DNA from: Nanobdellota archaeon
Lineage (GTDB): Archaea; Nanobdellota; Nanobdellia; CSSed11-243R1
Assembly: GCA_021162365.1 (NCBI GenBank)
Contig: JAGGYW010000020.1
Location: forward strand, 9,154 to 73,153
Direction of reading: 5' to 3'
Length of the DNA stretch: 64,000 nt
Below are positions 56,422 through 64,000 of this stretch, one piece after another. Positions within the stretch are counted from its first letter, which is position 1, and the number at the start of each line of letters is the position of its first letter. Under the pieces are notes generated by a model. That model was not told the DNA's origin, ran no database searches, and saw only the letters and a program-made list of their open reading frames with translations. Both the position numbers and the translations under genes were made by a program.

Positions 56422-56702
56422 GGAAAAAGGAATTGTGGTATTTTTACTTTGGATTGGCTTCTATTTTTATAGTCATTGGTTTTTTCTGGCTTTTTAGTTA
56501 CTATGCGTCTTTCCCCATTTACATCAAGTCAGCTCTCAACGAAAGCATCCACTCAAATTCTACTACACTTGTTGTTGAAAAACCACCTTTTCCTTGGGTT
56601 GCGCTTTTCCTTGTCATATTTGGCACAGCAACTTTTTTAATCTCTAAATATTTCTATGATAAAGAGGGATATCATGTTAAAAGAACCAGAAAGCATGGAT
56701 GA
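56418..56702 (+). CDS. Small 2-TM membrane protein, hypothetical
   Basis: 94 aa with two hydrophobic helices; SD-like AGGAGAGA upstream. Confidence 0.45.
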   Translation: MRKKELWYFYFGLASIFIVIGFFWLFSYYASFPIYIKSALNESIHSNSTTLVVEKPPFPWVALFLVIFGTATFLISKYFYDKEGYHVKRTRKHG

Positions 56703-56934
56703 ATGTTCCTTTTTTACAAGAAGGATTTTAGATGATGGCACAAAGTTAGTTGCATGGGTGCCTAAGGACACAAATATTGTTAATGTGAAGTATACTTGTG
56801 GCGAATGTGGCAAAAGTGGCGAAATAACACAAGAGTTTAAGAAGCCGATAACTTTTGTCTGTCAGTTTTGTGGTCACAAAATTGTTGTTGAACCATTAAA
56901 CAAGAGAAGGGGCAGAAGAAAGAAAAAAGCTTAG
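56674..56934 (+). CDS. Small zinc-ribbon protein with basic C-terminal tail
   Basis: CGECGK...CQFCGH four-Cys ribbon; C-terminus RRGRRKKKA. Start chosen at ATG 56674 (preceded by GAGGGA SD) rather than 56656. Confidence 0.45.
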   Translation: MLKEPESMDECSFFTRRILDDGTKLVAWVPKDTNIVNVKYTCGECGKSGEITQEFKKPITFVCQFCGHKIVVEPLNKRRGRRKKKA

Positions 56935-57311
56935 ATTCCTTCATATTTGAACATTAGCGTTTCTCCATTTGATACAATGTAATTCTCAATTGATTTATTT
57001 ATCTCTTGGAGTGCCCCATTTTTTATTGAGTATGCATGCCACTCACTTATATCTGTGTTACAATAATCAGCAATGCAATATATACTCCCATTTTGTATGT
57101 CTACAGAGTATGCAAAAGAAGATAGTGCCATCAGGGCTGTTGTGTTTTCTCCAACACCAATTATATTTTTGTATATTTTACCATTGCCCATATCCACTAC
57201 TATTGTTACATCTTGACTTGATGATTTTTTTCCGCTAAACACGACAAGCGTTGAAGACAAGAATATTGCCACTATCACCAATGACACAATTGCTTTCTTG
57301 CTTAGTTTCAT
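56931..57311 (-). CDS. Signal-anchored small secreted beta-rich protein, hypothetical
   Basis: N-terminal TM/signal (AIVSLVIVAIFLSSTLVVF), about 100-aa extracytoplasmic domain with conserved Cys pair. Confidence 0.4.
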   Translation of the reverse strand: MKLSKKAIVSLVIVAIFLSSTLVVFSGKKSSSQDVTIVVDMGNGKIYKNIIGVGENTTALMALSSFAYSVDIQNGSIYCIADYCNTDISEWHAYSIKNGALQEINKSIENYIVSNGETLMFKYEGI

Positions 57312-57398
57312 ACGCCATTAAATTTGATGTCCATTTAAAAAGTTTTCAAATAGCAACATATATAAATTACTATTCTGTAGTAGATACAGGGGTGCACA

Positions 57399-58124
57399 AT
57401 GGGCAAGAAAAAAGAAAATCCATTAGAACCAGAAATAAAATCCTTAGAGGAGGGATTGTTTAATCCTACGGACGATGATGCATTTCCCCCACTTATTGAT
57501 GCAATAGAAAATATAGGAGATGTGAAGAACTATTTGAAATGGATGCAACAGGAATATAATAGAAAGATTATGTCTTTGGAGGAAGAGGTAAGGGAACATG
57601 GAGATGAATTAATTTCTGTTTTAACAGAAGTTAGTTCCCTAAGAGAAAGTGTTGAAACTCTCGGGATGGTAGTTAAGGACGAACTCCCAAAATATATGGA
57701 AAGAGTTGATTCGAACGCTAGAGAAATTTCTAAGGTGTATAAAGAGGTAGAAGAGATTGCTAAAACCCTTACTGCGAGATTAGAAGCTATTGAAGCAAGC
57801 ATCTCTGTTATTTCTAGTTCAAAAAGTGAGACTCCAACGTATAAACCAGAGAAGGAGTACGAGGGGAGGATTATTAGTTATTTAAAAAATGGTAGAGAAA
57901 CAAGAGGAGTTATACCAGGAGAGCCTTATTCTGTCATTGTTAAGTTTGGAGATAACTCTTACAGTGGTCCCGTCGAGGTTGATTTTGAATTGGAAGGTAA
58001 AAGTGAACTTGTTTTAAAAACAAGGTCAGAAGCAGAGAATGGCAGAGCTTTTTGTGAGGATGTGTTTGTGCTACCTAAAGGGTATAAGCTTAAAAGTGTA
58101 AAAATCATTGTCACTAACGAGTAG
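57399..58124 (+). CDS. Hypothetical coiled-coil protein with C-terminal beta domain
   Basis: 241 aa. Acidic/coiled-coil N-terminal two-thirds; compact C-terminal domain. Confidence 0.45.
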   Translation: MGKKKENPLEPEIKSLEEGLFNPTDDDAFPPLIDAIENIGDVKNYLKWMQQEYNRKIMSLEEEVREHGDELISVLTEVSSLRESVETLGMVVKDELPKYMERVDSNAREISKVYKEVEEIAKTLTARLEAIEASISVISSSKSETPTYKPEKEYEGRIISYLKNGRETRGVIPGEPYSVIVKFGDNSYSGPVEVDFELEGKSELVLKTRSEAENGRAFCEDVFVLPKGYKLKSVKIIVTNE

Positions 58125-58200
58125 TTATATACGAAAGATTTATAAAGGGCAAATTCATAACAAAACATAAGAAAATTATAACTCAAAAGGGGTGAATTTT

Positions 58201-58971
58201 ATGGTTTGGCCTTGGAGTAGGAAAAAAGAAGAGGAGGATGATGGTATGGGAAAGTTAGTTTATGAATTGGATGGACCGTTGTCTAACAAATTTATTAAAG
58301 AAGTTTTAGCAGCATCAGAAGAGAAGGCAAGAGAAGTAATTGCAGATATTGTTGGTGAAAATGCAAGTGACGACACAATTAATGATTATGTAAACTTAGC
58401 TGTGGCTGCAGTAGGTGGAATGCTAAAGAGATTTGGAGAGGAATATAGGAGAGGACAAGATACTGAGTTAGAAGTAATCATAGGTCCTGCGGATGAACCT
58501 GGTCTCGCACCAATAGGAACAGATATACATGTTCTTCCACAGAACTACAATAAACCAATCAAAGAAAACAACTTAGGTGTTGGTTCACTTGAGACAATGG
58601 TATATAAGGACAACAATAGACAAGTGGTAGTTCAACCAATTCCATTTGGTGTAGCAGTAAGTGTTGAAAATAAATTTGGAGACAACCTATATTTAGTAGG
58701 TGTGGATGTTGAGAGGAAGATAGTTTATGATAAGGATGTAAAAGATAACTTAATAGTGAAAAAGAAGGAAGTACCAACAGCATTGGAAGATGCAAACATA
58801 ATTGATACAACTCCAGCAGATACAGCATTGATTAGAATGGCATACAACAGGAAGGAAGATTGGGCTGAGGAAAGAGCAATTACAGCTTACACAAAGAGAA
58901 GTAACAATAAGCAACCAGTGCCTAACCCACATAGAAGTAATCCACCAGCTAATCCACCAGCGACACCATAG
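58201..58971 (+). CDS. Hypothetical protein with acidic N-terminus and Pro-rich C-terminal tail
   Basis: 256 aa. ATG 58201 follows GGGGTGA SD (ORF track starts at in-SD GTG 58192). C-terminus PNPHRSNPPANPPATP. No family recognised. Confidence 0.5.
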   Translation: MVWPWSRKKEEEDDGMGKLVYELDGPLSNKFIKEVLAASEEKAREVIADIVGENASDDTINDYVNLAVAAVGGMLKRFGEEYRRGQDTELEVIIGPADEPGLAPIGTDIHVLPQNYNKPIKENNLGVGSLETMVYKDNNRQVVVQPIPFGVAVSVENKFGDNLYLVGVDVERKIVYDKDVKDNLIVKKKEVPTALEDANIIDTTPADTALIRMAYNRKEDWAEERAITAYTKRSNNKQPVPNPHRSNPPANPPATP

Positions 58972-59055
58972 TTTTTTCTTTTTTCTTTGTAGTTTTGTTA
59001 TTTATTAATAATAAACTATTTAATTAATAAATTATTACCAAATATTGGTGATGTA

Positions 59056-60420
59056 ATGGCAGATACCAATCCACTAGCTTCAGTTTTTGGCGTAATTTGG
59101 GGTGCATGGCTCGCTTTAATGACTGCCTTGGACCCTACGACAGTTAATAATCCTATTGCATGTACTTTAGCATCTTTAGTTTTTGGAGTTATATTCTATA
59201 TAATTTTAACAATCGCTATTAGTAAAATTACAGAAGGTCACAACTTAGAAGAAAGTTTAATTAAGTGGGTGAATTTCCTTGTAACTGTAGGGTTCACATT
59301 GTTAATGATTCAGCAGGGATATGTCTACTTGATCGCATCAATGATGTCTTTGATGGTTTTCATGATAGTGTTAATCTTTGGATTGCTTTTCTTCTATTAC
59401 ATATATGCTCATGGCAAGAAGTTTGCCAAGGGTGCATATGAAACATCGAAGAGTGCGAGGTTCCTTAAAGATGCTTTAAGAGAGAGAAGAGAAGAGAAAT
59501 TAAGAAGAAAGGAAGCAATTCTTGAAGAAAATAAAACACTGCAGGAGATGGGAGAACAACTCAGGCTTGTGGACAGGGAATGTAAATACTATCAGGGATT
59601 GGTAGAGTATTTAAAGAATGTTTTTAGAACACTCAAATGGAAAAATCTTTCTTCAGCGTCTAGAAAGGTGATATCAAACTATCTCGCTCAGGTCAAATCT
59701 GCATTGGTTAAATATCAATCTTTGGAATTACACGAGTTAGTTGATATAAACAAGAGAGAGGATATTTTAATATCTCTTCTGAGAAAGGAGGAAAAAGCCG
59801 CAAGAAAACAAATAGCTGATATCGAAAAGATACTAAGTACAATGGATGGGCGCAAAAAGCAAACAAAAGAGTATAAAAAGAAACTGGCCACCCTAAAAGA
59901 AGAACTTAATAAGGAGATAAAGAAATCCGAAAAGTTCATATCTTCACGGATCACCACACTGAAGAATGAGATCACTTCTTTAATGAATGAGAAAAGAAAA
60001 TTGTCTGAGAAGTTGATAAAATTGTTGGATTATAAGTTCGTGGTTGTTAATAAAACAATTCTCAAGACCGCAGAAGAATTGTATGAAAAATGTGTCGAGT
60101 TGTATAAAAAAATAGAAGAAGAGCTTGCTGATGAACGTAGGAGAGCATATACATCTCATGAGTTAGAGAAGATAATAGATGAGATAAATATCCTGCTCAA
60201 CGAAATTCAGAATGCAATGCCTAAAAAACCACCAGTGGGTGGGGAAAATGAGGTTAATTTGATTTTTAATGGTACTAAGGCAGAATGTCCGTTGTGTAAG
60301 AAAGTGATAACAAACAATTATGATAAAAGAAAGCCAAAGACACATAAATGTAGCAAGACAGGTAAAACATATACTATTGATTGGGAGAAGCATATATTGA
60401 AGGTAAAAGGTGGTAAATAA
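59056..60420 (+). CDS. Membrane protein with 4 N-terminal TM helices, about 280-aa coiled coil and C-terminal zinc ribbon
   Basis: Hydrophobic N-terminal about 120 aa, long heptad-rich K/E segment, C-terminal CPLCKKVITNNYDKRKPKTHKCSKTG. Confidence 0.55.
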   Translation: MADTNPLASVFGVIWGAWLALMTALDPTTVNNPIACTLASLVFGVIFYIILTIAISKITEGHNLEESLIKWVNFLVTVGFTLLMIQQGYVYLIASMMSLMVFMIVLIFGLLFFYYIYAHGKKFAKGAYETSKSARFLKDALRERREEKLRRKEAILEENKTLQEMGEQLRLVDRECKYYQGLVEYLKNVFRTLKWKNLSSASRKVISNYLAQVKSALVKYQSLELHELVDINKREDILISLLRKEEKAARKQIADIEKILSTMDGRKKQTKEYKKKLATLKEELNKEIKKSEKFISSRITTLKNEITSLMNEKRKLSEKLIKLLDYKFVVVNKTILKTAEELYEKCVELYKKIEEELADERRRAYTSHELEKIIDEINILLNEIQNAMPKKPPVGGENEVNLIFNGTKAECPLCKKVITNNYDKRKPKTHKCSKTGKTYTIDWEKHILKVKGGK

Positions 60421-60941
60421 TGGCAGAATCAATAATTGTTGGTGGATTGGAAACATTAAGACATATGGGATTTTTTGATTTTTTCCTACCATTCTTGCTA
60501 TTCTTTGCTATAATCTATGCGGCTTTAGATAAAACACAGGTTTTTGGCGCTGATAAGAAAGACACAAACGCCATAATTGCTCTTGTAATTGCTCTTATTG
60601 CTTCAACAACAAGTTGGGTATTAAAGGGCGTAGCAGGTTTCCTTCCATGGGTGGGTTTCATAGCTCTTATTGTTGTCGCCTTTTTAATGCTTGCAGCGTT
60701 AGTATATGGTGGCGAGGTAAATAAATTGTATGAAAGCCCATGGGTAAAAGGGCTCGCTCTTTTATTTGTCGTGATTGCCCTTGGAGCAGGATTATACTAT
60801 GGATTGGGACTTAACGAAACACTTGGTGGAATTGGTAGTGGGATATCAGATGAAGATGTTGCAGTGATTCTTGCTTTGATAATTGGAATTGTTGCTTTTG
60901 CAGTTATAGTCAAAAGTCCAGGTAGCTCAAAAAGTAAGTAG
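60420..60941 (+). CDS. Polytopic membrane protein, paralog 1 of a tandem triplet
   Basis: 173 aa, about 5 TM. N-terminus GFFDFFLPFLLFFAIIYAAL shared with paralog 3; C-terminus ISDEDVAVILALIIGIVAFAVIV shared with paralog 2. Confidence 0.6.
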   Translation: MAESIIVGGLETLRHMGFFDFFLPFLLFFAIIYAALDKTQVFGADKKDTNAIIALVIALIASTTSWVLKGVAGFLPWVGFIALIVVAFLMLAALVYGGEVNKLYESPWVKGLALLFVVIALGAGLYYGLGLNETLGGIGSGISDEDVAVILALIIGIVAFAVIVKSPGSSKSK

Positions 60942-60951
60942 GTGATGTAAG

Positions 60952-61545
60952 ATGGTTACTCTTTCAGGTGTTGTACAAAATCTTTGGGGTATGGCAGTCG
61001 GATTAGTTCCAGCAGGAGTGCAGCCAATCCACTTTTGGCTGACGTTTATGATAACCCTTGCAATAGTATTTTTATTGCTGCAATTTATAAAAATCTTTGA
61101 GGATCATCGCGGCTCCGCTTTCATAGTCGCGGTAGTCATATCCTACTTTGTGGCAAGTAGCGCTTTTGCAACAATTATTATAGCAAAGTTATTCCCAAAT
61201 GTTGGTATCGCGTTAATGGCAATCTTAGGGTTAATGATGGTAATTGCTTTACTATCTCCAAGTTCAATAAGTGGGGGTACAAATTGGTCAAGACTGATTG
61301 TTTTAATTGCGCTTGTATTTGTAATATGGGCGACATATTCGTCTGTCGCGCCGGAGCTGCAAGCAGCAGGGGTTATATCTTCCACAGGTGGCGGTGGAGT
61401 TTCAATTTCGGATCAGGATGCAGCTACAATTGTTGCAGCTTTGATAGTAATTGGTGTAGTATATATGATTGTTTCTCCGAAAAAAGATAATAGAAAATCC
61501 TTCCTAAGGGACTTCTTTAACGCCCTTAAGGGGAAGGAATTGTAG
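60952..61545 (+). CDS. Polytopic membrane protein, paralog 2 of a tandem triplet
   Basis: 197 aa, about 5 TM; G-rich loop GGGGVSISDQDAATIVAALIVIGVVYMIV similar to paralog 1. Confidence 0.6.
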   Translation: MVTLSGVVQNLWGMAVGLVPAGVQPIHFWLTFMITLAIVFLLLQFIKIFEDHRGSAFIVAVVISYFVASSAFATIIIAKLFPNVGIALMAILGLMMVIALLSPSSISGGTNWSRLIVLIALVFVIWATYSSVAPELQAAGVISSTGGGGVSISDQDAATIVAALIVIGVVYMIVSPKKDNRKSFLRDFFNALKGKEL

Positions 61546-61554
61546 GTGATATAA

Positions 61555-62148
61555 ATGGCAACTTTACTTCAATCAATAGGATTTTTCAAGGACCTCTTTG
61601 ACTTTTTCCTACCATTCCTATTAGTGTTTTCAGTAGTTTATGCAATTTTAGTTAAAACAAAGTTCCTTACAGAAGATGCAAATGTTAATGCATTAGTTGC
61701 TCTTGCAATCTCCTTGGTTGTTGTGTTATCAAGGGCAGGGGAGTTTTTGATGCAACTGACACCATTTATGGCGACATTTTTCATAATACTTTTCTTTGTA
61801 TTAATGTTGTTTTTATTCTTCGGGGTAGATTTAAGCAAAGCTATGCAGAGTAAGGCTGTAATTGTTTTGATAATTGTCATTAGCGCAATATTTGTGTTTT
61901 ATGTGTTAGGTAACTTTTTAAGCCCAGAAGCGCAAATGGCTACAGCAGCCACTTCTAATGTTAGTGGTAATGTTACTGTAACAGCGTCACCTGACGTCTT
62001 TGTTGCAAGTGAGAAGACATGTGACTTTTCAGCTATTTCTGGAGGTCATGCAGTAGTTTGCATAATAAGCAATCCTAAATTCCTAGGAGCAATAACAGTA
62101 CTAGGTCTATTAGCAATAGTGACTTTCTTTGTAGTGTATAAACCCTAG
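61555..62148 (+). CDS. Polytopic membrane protein, paralog 3 of a tandem triplet
   Basis: 197 aa. N-terminus LFDFFLPFLLVFSVVYAIL nearly identical to paralog 1. Extracellular T/S/V-rich segment with sequons. Confidence 0.6.
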   Translation: MATLLQSIGFFKDLFDFFLPFLLVFSVVYAILVKTKFLTEDANVNALVALAISLVVVLSRAGEFLMQLTPFMATFFIILFFVLMLFLFFGVDLSKAMQSKAVIVLIIVISAIFVFYVLGNFLSPEAQMATAATSNVSGNVTVTASPDVFVASEKTCDFSAISGGHAVVCIISNPKFLGAITVLGLLAIVTFFVVYKP

Positions 62149-62897
62149 TGTTTTTTCATTTTTTCTACAATTTTTCTAAGTTCTTTTATTTCCTCCGCTA
62201 GTCCTGGGATAAGTTTGCCCATGACTTTTTCTAGTGCTTCCATCTCTGTATTTACATTGTTAATTGTTTCTTTATATTCCTCAGTTTTTGAGACAAGGAC
62301 TTTTGAGAAATCATCAACTCTTTTGTTGAGTTCTGTAACCTTAGCACTTAAGTTGGACACTTTTTCGTCTACTCTTGCTTTCCATGCGTCTAACTTTGAT
62401 ATCTTTTGTTCTACTTCCTTCCACTTTTCTTCGATTATATCTTCAATTATTCTTTGTAGTTCATCTACTAACCCTTCTGTTCCTGCTGGCACGCTTGGTG
62501 CGGGTTGGGAAGGAATCTGTGGAGTTGGTTTTGGCATTTCAGGAGCTGGAGGTACACCTGGCATTGGTGGAAGTTCGGGTGATTCAGGAACTGGAGGCAT
62601 TTCAGGAAGTGGTGGCAATTCTGGAGCTTGAGGTGCTCCTGGCTGTGGAGGTAACTCTGGTGTTGGAGGCATTGGTGGTAATTCTGGGGATGCAACCGCG
62701 CTTTTTATTTCCGCCTGTGAAAGGGCATCCCTAATCTGTTGCAAGCTATATCCTTGTGCCCTTAGCTGATTTGCAATTTGTGCATTTGACAATCCTTGTG
62801 CTTTCATGTTTAGAACTTGTGAAACAGGAATTGTATTGTTTTCAGGTAAAACAGGTATTTCCTCTTCTTTCTTTTTTCCGAACAACTTAAAAGCCAA
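62145..62897 (-). CDS. Hypothetical protein: MxFKLFGKKK N-terminus, HTH-like segment, Pro-rich PELPPMP repeats, C-terminal coiled coil
   Basis: N-terminus MAFKLFGKKKEEE. GLSNAQIANQLRAQGYSLQQIRDAL resembles a sigma-70 region-4/LuxR-type HTH. About 65-aa proline repeat region, then about 110-aa coiled coil. Confidence 0.5.
   Translation of the reverse strand: MAFKLFGKKKEEEIPVLPENNTIPVSQVLNMKAQGLSNAQIANQLRAQGYSLQQIRDALSQAEIKSAVASPELPPMPPTPELPPQPGAPQAPELPPLPEMPPVPESPELPPMPGVPPAPEMPKPTPQIPSQPAPSVPAGTEGLVDELQRIIEDIIEEKWKEVEQKISKLDAWKARVDEKVSNLSAKVTELNKRVDDFSKVLVSKTEEYKETINNVNTEMEALEKVMGKLIPGLAEEIKELRKIVEKMKKH
62489..62690 (-). repeat. Imperfect tandem repeats encoding P-E-L-P-P-M/L-P units within the 62145-62897 CDS
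   Basis: Repeated GGAGG/TGG-rich 18-21-nt DNA units on the plus strand encode a poly-Pro linker. Not CRISPR: no spacers, coding, irregular. Confidence 0.5.
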
Positions 62898-62908
62898 TTT
62901 AGCTCACC

Positions 62909-63319
62909 TCACTTTTTTAATTTTTTGAGTTTTTCTTCAACAATTTCTTCAACATCCTCTCTTGTTATAAATCTCGTAATGTCTATCATGTTTATGTATT
63001 TTTCTAACACTTTAACATCGCTAAGTCTTGCGGTGGATGCCAGCTCTTTTACAACTCTTCTAAGGAGCTCTTTTGCCTCATCAAGCTCTTTTCTTAGAGC
63101 AGAGATTTCTCCCTTTGAATCAGATATCTCATCCATTAAATCTTTTATTTTGGAGGATAATGTTTCGTCTAAAACTTGCAGTTTGTCTCTTGTTTGTTTT
63201 AGTCTTTCTTCTATCAATCTTGTTCTCTCATTTAATTGAGTTATTTTTTTTAAAATGTTTTGCACATCAATTTGTGTGCTTGGTTTTTGTTGCGGCTTAC
63301 CACCGAGCAAGTTTCCCAT
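62909..63319 (-). CDS. Small coiled-coil protein, ESCRT-III/Snf7-like N-terminus (tentative)
   Basis: MGNLLGGKPQQKPSTQIDVQNILKKITQLNERTRLIEERLKQ resembles the Snf7/CHMP4 N-terminus (…FGKxxxxxPTPQEAIQRLRDTEEMLSKKQEFLEKKIEQ). All-helical, about 136 aa. Start at ATG 63319 preceded by AGAGGAG SD. Confidence 0.4.
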   Translation of the reverse strand: MGNLLGGKPQQKPSTQIDVQNILKKITQLNERTRLIEERLKQTRDKLQVLDETLSSKIKDLMDEISDSKGEISALRKELDEAKELLRRVVKELASTARLSDVKVLEKYINMIDITRFITREDVEEIVEEKLKKLKK

Positions 63320-63421
63320 TTTTATCTCCTCTTTAAAAAAGGTAAATATCAATATATAATTATCTATTCCTAAAATATATAATTGCTTGCAAATATAAAA
63401 TATATAGGTTAGGTGAGTCGG

Positions 63422-64000
63422 ATGGTCAAAAAAGAAAGAAAATGTTTTGATTATGAGATAGTTAGAGAAGGTGGAGAAATAAACTTAGTGATAAATACAA
63501 TTGGCTGCCCTTTTTATCCTTCTTTAGAAGATAGCGAAATAACCATGGAGAAAACAATTAACATTCTCATAGAAGTCGGAGGGGTAACAACAATAACATT
63601 TCAGGCGGAAAGAAATTACATCTATCCGTATGAACAAGTAAAACTCTTGAACGAGATTGCATCTGTATATGTTTACCTAATCAAGCAACGGGATATTTTG
63701 AAGATAGATTCAACGGATACAGAGTGCATAGCAACTTATTCTGAGATGATTCATACTGTAAGGCAAATCGTAATGGAACAAATGAAAAGAGATCCTATTG
63801 GTGCATATGTAACAGCTCTGAGAACAAAAAGGGAAAAGAAGGCACAGCTTGAACTTCAGGAAAACAAAAGCAGGTGCCTGAAGAAATTCATTGAAATTTT
63901 GGATGAAATCATAGATAAACTTGGAAGAACATATATGATAAAGCTTGCAAAACCTTACCTTGCAGGATATAAAGTTGGTTCTCGTGACTTGTACTTTAAG
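63422..64000 (+). CDS. Hypothetical protein, 3'-partial (ORF continues beyond window end)
   Basis: Open frame from ATG 63422 to the window end (193 aa so far). Not in the ORF track because no stop is reached. Weak resemblance to N-terminal domains of archaeal GspE/FlaI-type secretion ATPases, unverified. Confidence 0.4.
   Translation, partial: MVKKERKCFDYEIVREGGEINLVINTIGCPFYPSLEDSEITMEKTINILIEVGGVTTITFQAERNYIYPYEQVKLLNEIASVYVYLIKQRDILKIDSTDTECIATYSEMIHTVRQIVMEQMKRDPIGAYVTALRTKREKKAQLELQENKSRCLKKFIEILDEIIDKLGRTYMIKLAKPYLAGYKVGSRDLYFK

Noticed and set aside
62489-62690. Possible CRISPR-like or tandem repeat array
   Set aside because: The repeats are irregular 18-21-nt units inside an intact coding frame that encode PELPPMP proline repeats. 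There are no unique spacers and no cas genes in the window.

Overview
This is a low-GC archaeal chromosomal window (DPANN-like or another small-genome archaeon). The archaeal assignment rests on PolB, archaeal-type TyrRS, AglB/STT3, diphthine synthase, FEN1, class-I CCA enzyme, MetAP2 and Shine-Dalgarno motifs GGGGTGA/GGAGG matching an archaeal anti-SD. Genes are densely packed on both strands, with many ATGA start/stop overlaps that suggest operons.

Gene order:
- Start to 8 kb: 5'-partial giant surface subtilisin (S8) with an N-terminal PPC-repeat array and dense N-glycosylation sequons; a LigT-like 2H phosphoesterase; type IA topoisomerase.
- 8-22 kb: TrmB regulator, MetAP2, PolB, Rqc2/NFACT, YjbQ, UppS, TyrRS, Lhr-type helicase, CCA enzyme, NSUN methyltransferase, Nip7-like PUA protein.
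- 22-25.7 kb: metallophosphoesterase, HIT protein, A24 prepilin peptidase, diphthine synthase, Trm5-like methyltransferase.
- 25.7-38.6 kb: an N-glycosylation (agl) cluster containing AglB, an AglH-like GlcNAc-1-P transferase, two GT4 glycosyltransferases, a pyruvyl transferase, a Wzx-like flippase, an NDP-sugar pyrophosphorylase, an epimerase and small membrane proteins.
- 38.6-55.6 kb: FEN1, MscS, a DUF785-protease/RimK/RimK-like module, PIMT, SufBD-SufC, MnmA, an HD protein, cysteine desulfurase, a ThiI-like protein with a degenerate PP-loop, a DsbA-like single-Cys protein, GNAT, a free-standing LAGLIDADG endonuclease next to an intron-containing tRNA, CysRS and a cysteine-synthase-like gene without an ATG start.
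- 55.6-64 kb: the least explained part. A ~0.8 kb intergenic region carries a TATA box and a repeated hairpin. It is followed by small membrane, Zn-ribbon and coiled-coil proteins. Two of these genes share an identical 20-nt leader. The run also contains a tandem triplication of a polytopic membrane protein and two ESCRT-III-like coiled-coil proteins on the opposite strand.

No CRISPR array, rRNA, transposase or integrase was seen.
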